Part shown: positions 56,374 to 64,000 of the stretch, in pieces | Numbering within the stretch: position 1 is the first letter of the stretch | Layout: the number at the start of each line of letters is the position of its first letter | Program-made: the position numbers and the translations under genes | Notes under the pieces: model-generated | Database searches by the model: none | The model's input: only the letters and a program-made list of their open reading frames with translations | What the model was told of the DNA's origin: nothing | Assembly (NCBI GenBank): GCA_965202805.1 | Contig: OZ241869.1 | Coordinates: forward strand, 3,616,001-3,680,000 | Length of the DNA stretch: 64,000 nt | DNA from: Longimicrobiales bacterium | GTDB lineage: Bacteria; Gemmatimonadota; Gemmatimonadetes; Longimicrobiales; Gaopeijiaceae | Reading direction: 5' to 3'

Positions 56374-57882
56374 ATGCAAGGACTTCTCTCTTCGGGACAT
56401 CCGCTGATCTCCGAGGCCGGGGCGGACATCCTCCGCGCCGGCGGCAACGCCTTCGACGCGATCGTGGCGGCTGCGTTCACGAGCACGTTCGCGGAGCCCA
56501 CCATGGCGAGCCTCGGGGGCGCGGGCTTCGTGCTGGCGCGCACCTCTTCCGGGGAGGAGATCCTCTTCGACTTCATCGCCGCCGCTCCGGGCCGGGCGCA
56601 CCCCGGTCCGCCGGACGACGGTGATCGCCACTTCTACCCGGTGGACATCCTCTTCGGGGATATCCCCCAGGAGTTCACCATCGGGCTGGCGTCAGCGGCC
56701 GTTCCGGGGACGCTCAAGGGACTGGTCCATGTGCATGAACGCCTGGGACGGCTCCCGCTCGCGGAGGTGGTCGCGCCCGCCATCGCCGCTGCCCGGGGCG
56801 GCACGGTCATCACCCCGTTCGTGTCGGACTCGCTGCAGCTGATGTTTCCCGTACTGCAAGACTCGCCGGCGGGCACCGCACTCTTCCTGGATGAAGGAAA
56901 GGTTCTGCCCGCGGGCCGGCTGCACCGCAACCCGGGGATGGCCGACTTCCTGGAAACCCTGCCGGGCGATCCGCGGGGGTTCTACGGGGGAGATTTCGCC
57001 GGGGCCATCGAGCGCGACATGCTCGAGGGCGGCGGCCTGATGACGCGGACCGATCTCGAACGATACGAGGTCATCGAACGCCGTCCGCTCTCCGTGGCCT
57101 ATCGCGGGCGTCGCATCCTGACCAACCCGCCGCCGGCGCTGGGTGGATCGCTGATGGCGCTTCGCCTGCTGCTGCAGGAGGAGACGGATCTGTCGGGCTG
57201 CCGTTGGGGGAGCCGTATGCAGGCGCGCGCGACGGCCCGTGCGCTCGAACAGGCCGTCCGGCTCCGAGGGGGCGAGGCGGACCCGCGCGATCCCGCCCAG
57301 GCGGAGCTGCTGGAGGGCGTGCATGCGCCGCTGATCCACGCCGTCCAGGGCACCACCCACCTCAACGCCTCCGACGCCGAGGGCAACGTCGCCGCCCTTT
57401 CCATGTCGAACGGGTCCGGGTCGTCGTATTTCCTTCCGGGGACGGGGATCCACTTCAACAACATGATGGGCGAAGTCGATCTTCATCCAGCGGGATTCCA
57501 TACGGCGGAGCCTGGGGATCGGGTGGCGTCGATGATGTCGCCGACACTCCTGCTGGACGGAGACCAGGTGCTGGCCGCCCTCGGCACAGGGGGCAGCAAC
57601 CGCATCCCCTCGGCGGTGTTCCAGGTGGTTTCGTCCCTTCTCGACCAGGGACTTTCCCCCGACGAGGCGTCCAACTTCCCGCGCATGCACTTCGACGGCG
57701 AGCAGCTCCAGGTCGAGCCGGGATTTCCGGATGAAGCGATGGCGGCGCTCGAGGAGGACTGGGACGTGACGCGCTGGCCGGAGCAGAACCTCTACTTCGG
57801 CGGTGTGCACAGCGTGGCTCCGCGCGCGGGAAGGGTCGGCGCCGACCGGCGCCGGGAGGGCCACGGGATCGTAGTGGAGTAG
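56374..57882 (+). CDS. Gamma-glutamyltransferase family protein (no signal peptide)
   Basis: GGNAFDA, SLGGAGF, AVPG, nucleophile GTTH, NNMMGE, SMMSPT, GGSNRI. Confidence 0.9.
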   Translation: MQGLLSSGHPLISEAGADILRAGGNAFDAIVAAAFTSTFAEPTMASLGGAGFVLARTSSGEEILFDFIAAAPGRAHPGPPDDGDRHFYPVDILFGDIPQEFTIGLASAAVPGTLKGLVHVHERLGRLPLAEVVAPAIAAARGGTVITPFVSDSLQLMFPVLQDSPAGTALFLDEGKVLPAGRLHRNPGMADFLETLPGDPRGFYGGDFAGAIERDMLEGGGLMTRTDLERYEVIERRPLSVAYRGRRILTNPPPALGGSLMALRLLLQEETDLSGCRWGSRMQARATARALEQAVRLRGGEADPRDPAQAELLEGVHAPLIHAVQGTTHLNASDAEGNVAALSMSNGSGSSYFLPGTGIHFNNMMGEVDLHPAGFHTAEPGDRVASMMSPTLLLDGDQVLAALGTGGSNRIPSAVFQVVSSLLDQGLSPDEASNFPRMHFDGEQLQVEPGFPDEAMAALEEDWDVTRWPEQNLYFGGVHSVAPRAGRVGADRRREGHGIVVE

Positions 57883-57942
57883 GCGCCCCGCCGCGCTCAC
57901 TGCAGCTCGGCGTGCGGCGCACGACGCGCTGGCGGTCCGGCG

Positions 57943-58761
57943 TCAGGGATCCGGCAGCAGTTCCATCGTGGTCGTCACGTTCGTCTCCATCGTCATCCCG
58001 GCCATGTTCATGTCGAAGCTGACACGGCTCGACTGGCTCAGGAAACGGCCCTCGGCGAGGTCCACGACCATCGATCCGGTCATGGTTCCGGTGGCCGTCA
58101 TTCCCGCGCCTGCAAGCTCCATCTCCATTTCGATCGGGCCCTCGAACGATAGCGTCGCGAGGCTGCCTTCGAGGCTGACGAAGGTGTAGGTCACCGCCAC
58201 CTCCATGGACATCCCTCCGGCGGCCCCGATGGGCAGGTTCATCGGCGCGTCCAGCGTCCAGGAATCCCCCGGGCCGACCTCCTCCTCCGGAAACACGAAA
58301 TAGCTTGCCTCCCGGAAGAGGGTCTCCGGGTTGAACCGGGCAACGTCCAGGCCTTCGGCAAAGGTCACGCCAAGCATTCGGCCACGTGTGTCCATTTCCG
58401 CGGTCAGGACGCTTCCGGAGAAATCCGGCATGTCCATCCCGGGCACGGACATCGCCATCGTTGTAGTGACCGAGTCGATCGTCGCCCGGCTTCGAATCAC
58501 CTCGTCCTCCACGCTCAGGACGGTTTGCGTCTGATAAGTGCTCATCGTCATGACAGGGCTCGACGGCATCATCGGGTTCTCCACTTCCGCCTGCGTGGAG
58601 TGGACGTAGCGGGACACCTGGCCCTCCGGCGGTGCAAGCCTCAGGAGGATCGGGGTGTCGAGAGGTGCGGTGGGTGTGGGCGGGTCCTGTGCGTAGGAGG
58701 CGACCGGGCTCGAGCACAAGAGGGCCGCGGCGAGTGCGACCATCCACCATCGTGATTTCAT
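57943..58761 (-). CDS. Exported Met-rich beta-sheet hypothetical protein (DUF6263-like)
   Basis: Signal peptide; FPEEEVGPGDSW motif; SD GGAGG; 25 Met in 272 aa by manual count. Confidence 0.7.
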   Translation of the reverse strand: MKSRWWMVALAAALLCSSPVASYAQDPPTPTAPLDTPILLRLAPPEGQVSRYVHSTQAEVENPMMPSSPVMTMSTYQTQTVLSVEDEVIRSRATIDSVTTTMAMSVPGMDMPDFSGSVLTAEMDTRGRMLGVTFAEGLDVARFNPETLFREASYFVFPEEEVGPGDSWTLDAPMNLPIGAAGGMSMEVAVTYTFVSLEGSLATLSFEGPIEMEMELAGAGMTATGTMTGSMVVDLAEGRFLSQSSRVSFDMNMAGMTMETNVTTTMELLPDP

Positions 58762-58944
58762 CGATCCTCCCGAGAGTTGCGAGATCGTACCTGGAGTAAC
58801 CTTAAGGTAAGTTGCCGGTGTCGGACATCCGCGTTACGGTTTGCCGACCGCCCCTGCCGGCGGTGGGTCGATCCTCGATTCGGCCCCGCGAAGGTCCGTC
58901 GCCAGCGCGTCGCTTCCCGTTCCGAAGGAGGACAGAAGAGGGGG

Positions 58945-61900
58945 ATGAGCCTGCCCTTCCACCCGATTGTCGCCGACTGGTTCACCGGGACCCTGGGGGC
59001 GCCGCTCCCCGCCCAGGAGCGCGCCTGGGCCGCCATCCGCGAAGGCCGGCACACCCTGCTCGCGGCCCCGACCGGGTCCGGGAAGACGCTGGCCGCCTTC
59101 CTGAACGCCATCGACGAGCTGCTGCGCGAGGGGCTCGAGCATGGTCTTGAGAACGAAGTGCGGGTCCTCTACATCTCGCCCCTCAAGGCGCTCAGCGCCG
59201 ACATCCACAAGAACCTCGAGGAGCCGCTCGCCGCCATCCGCGAGCGGGCCGTGGAGGCGGGGCTGCCCGCCGTCCGCATCCGTTCCGCGGTGCGCACCGG
59301 GGACACGCCCTCTTCGCGCCGCGCCGCGATGCTGCGCACGCCGCCGCACATCCTGGTCACCACCCCGGAGTCGCTCTACCTGCTCCTGACCGCCGAGCGC
59401 AGCCGGGCGATGCTCGGCACCGTGCGCACGGTGATCGTCGACGAGATCCATGCCGTGATCGATTCGCGCCGGGGATCGCACCTGGCGCTCAGTCTGGAGC
59501 GCCTCGGGCACGTGACGGGCCGGCCGCTGCAGCGGATCGGGCTGTCGGCCACCCAGAAGCCGGTCAGCGAGGTCGCGCGCTTTCTGCTGGGGAGCCAGAG
59601 CCGGGATGCGCGCGGGCGCCCGGATGTGGGCGGGTCCCCGGATGTGGGTGGGCGCCTCGAAGCGGGCGGGCGGCCGGATGCGGGCGGATCCCCGGACGCG
59701 GGCGGGCGCCCGGATGCGGAAACGGAACATGGAGTGTCCAGCGCGCCGGATCCCACGGCGCGGCTCTCCCTCGAGACCGGCTGCACCGTCATCGACGAAG
59801 GCCACCGGCGCGCCATGGACCTCGCCATCGAGGTGCCGCCCTCCCCCATGGAAGCGGTGATGTCGCACGAGGTGTGGTCGGAGGTCTACGAGCGCCTGAC
59901 CGAGTCGATCGAGGCTCACAAGACGACCCTCGTCTTCGTCAACACGCGCCGGATGGCGGAACGCCTCGCAGCCCGGCTGACCGACCGGCTCGGAGAGGAA
60001 GCGGTCACCGCGCACCACGGCAGTCTCTCCAGGGAGGCTCGACTGTCGGCCGAGGACCGGCTTCGCGCGGGCACGCTGAAGGCGCTGGTGGCCACGGCGT
60101 CGCTCGAGCTCGGCATCGACATCGGGCACGTGGACCTGGTTTGCCAGATCGGCTCGCCGCGCTGGATCTCGACCTTCCTGCAGCGGGTTGGGCGGTCCGG
60201 GCACACCGTGCGCGGCACCCCCAGGGGACGCCTGTTCCCGCTCTCGCGCGACGATCTGGTCGAGTGCGCGGCGCTGGTGCGGGCCGTGAACGACGGGGAG
60301 CTGGACCGGCTCGTGATGATGCCGCAGCCGCTCGACGTGCTGGCGCAACAGACGGTGGCCGAATCCGCGTGCGAACCCTGGTCCGAGGATGAGCTCTTCC
60401 GCCTCTGGCGCGGCGCGTACCCGTACCGGGAGCTGGCGCGCGAGCACTTCGACGAGGTGGTGCAGATGGTCGCCGAGGGCTTCGTCACCCGGCGCGGGCG
60501 GCGCGGGGCGCTCGTGCACCGCGACCGGGTCAACGGGCGCATCAAGGGGCGTCGCGCGGCCCGCCTCACGGCGATCACGGCGGGAGGCGCCATCCCCGAC
60601 AACGCCGACTACCGGGTGGTGCTCGATCCGGAGGAGACCTTCATCGGCACGCTCAACGAGGACTTCGCCATCGAGAGTTCGGCGGGCGACATCTTCCAGC
60701 TGGGGAACACCTCCTGGCGCATCCTCGCCGTCAATTCCGGGACCGTGCGGGTGGCGGACGCGCACGGGGAGCCCCCGACGATCCCGTTCTGGCTGGGAGA
60801 GGCTCCGGGGCGGAGCGCGGAGCTGTCGAGCGCGGTGGCCCGGCTGCGCGCCGACGTGGAGACGCGCCTGGATGGGGAGGACGAGGACGCGGCTGCGGGG
60901 TGGCTGGAGGAGCTCGGGTTGTCGGCCTCCGCGGCGCGCCAGATCCAGCATTACCTGCGGGAGGCGAAGCACATCCTCGGGGCCCTGCCCACGCAGGACA
61001 CGCTGGTGCTCGAACGTTTCTTCGACGAGGCCGGGGGGATGCAGATGATCCTGCATGCGCCCTTCGGCTCGCGCGTGAACCGGGCGTGGGGGCTCGCGCT
61101 GCGCAAGAAATTCTGCCGCCAGTTCAACTTCGAGCTGCAGGCGGCGGCCACCGAGGAGGGGGTGCTGCTCTCGCTCGGGCCCCAGCATTCCTTTCCGCTG
61201 GAGGACGTCTTCCGCTACGTGCACCCGGACACGCTCGAACGGACGCTGGTGCAGGCGCTGATCGATTCGCCGGTGTTCCCGACCCGCTGGCGCTGGAACG
61301 CCACCATCTCGCTGGCGGTGCTGCGCAACCGGATGGGCCGCAAGGTGCCGCCCCCGCTGCAGCGCATGGAGGCCGACGACCTGATGGCCGCGGCGTTCCC
61401 GGAGGCGGCTGCGTGCCTGGAGAACATCGGCGGCGACCGCGAGATCCCCGATCATCCGCTGGTGCGGCAGACGCTGCGCGATTGCCTGGAGGAGGCGATG
61501 GCGATGGGCGAGCTGGACGGCGTGCTGCGACGGGTCTTCGCCGGCGAGATCCGCTACGTCACGCGCGACACCCCCGAGCCGTCGGTGCTCAGCCACGAGA
61601 TCCTCAACTCGGCGCCGTACTCCTTCCTGGATGACGCCCCGCTGGAGGAGCGGCGGGCGCGGGCGGTCCAGACCCGGCGCGCGTTCGAGCCGTCTTCGGC
61701 GGATGAACTGGGCGCGCTCGACCCGGCGGCGATCCAGCGCGTGCGCGAGGAGGTGTGGCCCGATCCGCGCGATGCGGACGAGCTGCACGATGCGCTGCTG
61801 ACGGCGGGTGTGCTGACGGCGGCGGAAGGGGAGGCGGGGAATGACGCTGTGGGAGGGAAGGGAGGTGTGTGGCGGGGCCTCTTTGAGGAGCTGTGCGCGA

Positions 61901-63831
61901 CCGGGCGGGCGGGCCGGCTGGAGGTGGGTGAGGCTTCAGGGGCGGGCCGGTCGGAGGTGAGCGCGGGCGATGGCGGCGCTGAATTACGTAAAATGCGTAA
62001 AATGCGTAAAACAGATGGCGCCGGAGCGGGCAGTGCGGCCTGGCCGGGCGGCCCGGCCTGGTGGGTGAGCGCCGAGCGGCTTCCCGAAGTGCTCGCCGTG
62101 ACGGGGCTGGAGGTGCGGATCGAACCGTCCCTGACGCCGCCCGCCGAGCTGGCTGCGCGCGAGTGGGGCCGTGAGGAGGCGGTCCGCGAGCTCGTGCGCG
62201 GCCGGCTCCAGGTGTGCGGTCCGGTCACGGCCGGCGAGATGGCGCACACGCTCGCGGTGAGCGAACCGGAGGTGGAGGCGGCGCTGCTCGCGCTCGAGGG
62301 CGAGGGCTTCGTGCTGCGGGGGGCGTTCACGAGTGTCGACGCGGGAGTGGAGTGGTGCGAACGCCGCCTGCTCGCCCGCATCCACCGCTACACGCTGAAC
62401 CGGCTGCGCGCGGAGATCCGGCCGGTCTCGCAGGCCGACTTCATGCGTTTCCTGTTCGCGTGGCAGAGGGTCGCCGAGGGCGAGCAGGCGGCGGGGGTGG
62501 AGGGGCTGGCCGGCGTGCTCGCCCAGCTCGAGGGATTCGAGACCTGTGCGGGGGCGTGGGAGGCGGACGTGCTCGGCCGGCGGGTCGCAAGCTACGATCC
62601 GGGGCTGCTGGACGCGGTTTGCATGGCGGGTCGCGTCACCTGGGCGCGCATCTCTCCGCCGTCGGGGAACGGTCCGCCGGTGCGCGGCCCGCTCCCCGCG
62701 ACCCCGGTGGCCTTCCTGGACCGCAGCCGGATGGAGGTGTGGCTGCGCCCGGGCGGGGGTCCCTCCGCCGGTGATGGTCCCTCCCGCGGTGACGGTCGCT
62801 CCCGCCGTGACGGTCCCTCCCGCGGCGACGGTCGCTCGGCCAACGGCGCCGCCTCCCTCCTCTCCGCCCACGGGCGGGCGGTGCACGACGTGCTGGCCGC
62901 TCGCGGCGCCTCCTTCTTCCACGAGCTCGTGGGCGCGTCCGGCCTGCTCCCCACCCGGGTGGAGGAGGCGCTGGGCGAGCTGGTCGCCGCCGGCCTGGCC
63001 ACGGCCGACAGCTTCACCGGGCTGCGCGCGCTGCTCGTGCCCTCCGACCGGCGCAAGCCGCTGGGACCGGCGCTGCGCGCGTCGCTGGCGGCCAGTCCGG
63101 CGGGCGCGCAAGGCCGGCGGGGTCGCCGGGAGCGGCGGGGGCAGCAGGGCCGGCGGGGGCAGCAGGGCCGGCGTGAACGGCGGCGGCGGCGGTCGTCGGT
63201 CGCCTTCGGGGTGGACTCGGCGGGGCGGTGGTCGCTCCTGCGCCGCGACCTGCCCGGTCGCGGGGGCGGGGTGGGGGCGGGGGAGGAAGCGGTCGCCACC
63301 GCGGTCGCGCGCGTCCTGCTGCGCCGCTACGGGGTGGTGTTCCGCAGGCTGCTCGACAACGAGCCCCGCACCCTCCCCTGGTGGCAACTGGTGCGCGCGC
63401 TCCGCCGCCTGGAGGCGAGGGGCGACGTGCGGGGCGGCCGCTTCGTGACCGGCGTGTCCGGCGAGCAGTTCGCGCTCCCCGAGGCGGTGGGCCAGTTGCG
63501 CCGCATCCGCCGCTCGGCGCCGTCGGGCAGGCCGGTGGCGGTGAGCGCCGCCGACCCGCTCAACCTCACCGGCATCCTCACCCCGGAGCCGCGCATCGCC
63601 AAGAGCACGAGAAACCGGGTCGTCTACCGGGACGGCGTGCCGGTGGCGGCACACGAGGGGGGCTCCTTCGTACGGCTGGGCGACTACGAGGACGCGGTCG
63701 CCAACCAGGTCGAGCGTGCCGCGCGCGTCGGTTCGCTGCCCCCCGCGCTGCGTTCCTACATGGGGCGCAAGCGGCGGGGATCGGTGTCTTCGGGATCTTC
63801 GAGAACGACGTCTCAACCGACAGGGGGTTAG
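58945..63831 (+). CDS. lhr: Lhr-family DEAD/DEAH helicase, full length with C-terminal winged-helix/glycosylase-like region
   Basis: APTGSGKT, SPLKAL, TTPESL, DEIH, GLSAT, HHGSLS, SLELGIDIG, QRVGRSGH, C-terminal LRRYGVV...GGRFV.G..GEQFA. Confidence 0.93.
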   Translation: MSLPFHPIVADWFTGTLGAPLPAQERAWAAIREGRHTLLAAPTGSGKTLAAFLNAIDELLREGLEHGLENEVRVLYISPLKALSADIHKNLEEPLAAIRERAVEAGLPAVRIRSAVRTGDTPSSRRAAMLRTPPHILVTTPESLYLLLTAERSRAMLGTVRTVIVDEIHAVIDSRRGSHLALSLERLGHVTGRPLQRIGLSATQKPVSEVARFLLGSQSRDARGRPDVGGSPDVGGRLEAGGRPDAGGSPDAGGRPDAETEHGVSSAPDPTARLSLETGCTVIDEGHRRAMDLAIEVPPSPMEAVMSHEVWSEVYERLTESIEAHKTTLVFVNTRRMAERLAARLTDRLGEEAVTAHHGSLSREARLSAEDRLRAGTLKALVATASLELGIDIGHVDLVCQIGSPRWISTFLQRVGRSGHTVRGTPRGRLFPLSRDDLVECAALVRAVNDGELDRLVMMPQPLDVLAQQTVAESACEPWSEDELFRLWRGAYPYRELAREHFDEVVQMVAEGFVTRRGRRGALVHRDRVNGRIKGRRAARLTAITAGGAIPDNADYRVVLDPEETFIGTLNEDFAIESSAGDIFQLGNTSWRILAVNSGTVRVADAHGEPPTIPFWLGEAPGRSAELSSAVARLRADVETRLDGEDEDAAAGWLEELGLSASAARQIQHYLREAKHILGALPTQDTLVLERFFDEAGGMQMILHAPFGSRVNRAWGLALRKKFCRQFNFELQAAATEEGVLLSLGPQHSFPLEDVFRYVHPDTLERTLVQALIDSPVFPTRWRWNATISLAVLRNRMGRKVPPPLQRMEADDLMAAAFPEAAACLENIGGDREIPDHPLVRQTLRDCLEEAMAMGELDGVLRRVFAGEIRYVTRDTPEPSVLSHEILNSAPYSFLDDAPLEERRARAVQTRRAFEPSSADELGALDPAAIQRVREEVWPDPRDADELHDALLTAGVLTAAEGEAGNDAVGGKGGVWRGLFEELCATGRAGRLEVGEASGAGRSEVSAGDGGAELRKMRKMRKTDGAGAGSAAWPGGPAWWVSAERLPEVLAVTGLEVRIEPSLTPPAELAAREWGREEAVRELVRGRLQVCGPVTAGEMAHTLAVSEPEVEAALLALEGEGFVLRGAFTSVDAGVEWCERRLLARIHRYTLNRLRAEIRPVSQADFMRFLFAWQRVAEGEQAAGVEGLAGVLAQLEGFETCAGAWEADVLGRRVASYDPGLLDAVCMAGRVTWARISPPSGNGPPVRGPLPATPVAFLDRSRMEVWLRPGGGPSAGDGPSRGDGRSRRDGPSRGDGRSANGAASLLSAHGRAVHDVLAARGASFFHELVGASGLLPTRVEEALGELVAAGLATADSFTGLRALLVPSDRRKPLGPALRASLAASPAGAQGRRGRRERRGQQGRRGQQGRRERRRRRSSVAFGVDSAGRWSLLRRDLPGRGGGVGAGEEAVATAVARVLLRRYGVVFRRLLDNEPRTLPWWQLVRALRRLEARGDVRGGRFVTGVSGEQFALPEAVGQLRRIRRSAPSGRPVAVSAADPLNLTGILTPEPRIAKSTRNRVVYRDGVPVAAHEGGSFVRLGDYEDAVANQVERAARVGSLPPALRSYMGRKRRGSVSSGSSRTTSQPTGG
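59614..59721 (+). repeat. 6 x 18-bp in-frame tandem repeat in lhr
   Basis: GRPDVG/GSPDVG/GRLEAG/GRPDAG/GSPDAG/GRPDAE. Confidence 0.85.
61987..62011 (+). repeat. AT-rich 9-bp tandem repeat (CGTAAAATG, about 2.8 copies) in lhr
   Basis: CGTAAAATG CGTAAAATG CGTAAAA, encoding RKMRKMRK. Confidence 0.85.
62770..62841 (+). repeat. 4 x 18-bp in-frame tandem repeat in lhr
   Basis: GDGPSR/GDGRSR/RDGPSR/GDGRSA. Confidence 0.85.
63112..63192 (+). repeat. Arg-rich 9/18-bp repeats in lhr
   Basis: GRRGRRERRGQQGRRGQQGRRERRRRR. Confidence 0.75.
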
Positions 63832-63837
63832 GGGGAA

Positions 63838-64000
63838 ATGCGAATCAGGCGACGCGGTGCCCGGTGGTTGTGGTTGACGGTGGGAATCCCGCTGCTGCCG
63901 GCCTCCGGTCTGGCACAGCAAACCCACCCCCTGCTCGTCACCCAGGACTGGCTCGCCGACCGGCTTGCCGACCCCGACCTCCTGCTGCTGAACGTGGAGT
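63838..64000 (+). CDS. Probable exported sulfurtransferase/rhodanese (partial, N-terminus only)
   Basis: MRIRRRGARWLWLTVG...PLLVTQDWLADRLADPDLLLL resembles the SseA-type N-terminus after a signal peptide. Confidence 0.6.
   Translation, partial: MRIRRRGARWLWLTVGIPLLPASGLAQQTHPLLVTQDWLADRLADPDLLLLNVE

Overview
High-GC bacterial chromosomal window. The SusC/SusD pair, the carboxypeptidase-regulatory/TonB-plug proteins and the gene style suggest Gemmatimonadota; this is an inference, not a verified assignment. From left to right: a TonB-dependent receptor cut by the window edge; a peptidoglycan-sugar scavenging locus (NamZ, NagZ-type GH3, GH3-AmiE-like fusion, Na+:solute symporter, BadF/MurK-like kinase); an Rpn/YhgA-like nuclease with a probable internal antitoxin start; AK-HSDH; an hsp20 with a sigma-54-type promoter and three palindromic upstream sites; trpS-dapA-like-purA-ffh-rpsP-rimM-trmD; a SusC/SusD/two-lipoprotein cassette separating trmD from rplS-rnhB; tRNA-Lys(UUU); assorted metabolic genes; a VapBC-like module; a PaoABC-like Tat-exported molybdoenzyme; an orphan RND pump, an MpaB/Lcp-like oxygenase and an AbiEi-like-Fic fusion; MATE; GGT; and an Lhr helicase with several in-frame tandem repeats. 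I see no CRISPR array, rRNA, integrase or prophage. The strongest candidates for new biology are a possibly leaderless, stop-less Trp-Trp uORF with alternative hairpins ahead of trpS, a non-PTS peptidoglycan-scavenging pathway, the Rpn gene-within-a-gene, the sigma-54 enhancer array of hsp20, a barrel-less TonB-plug membrane protein and the AbiEi-like-Fic fusion. All family calls come from motifs read by eye; no searches were run.
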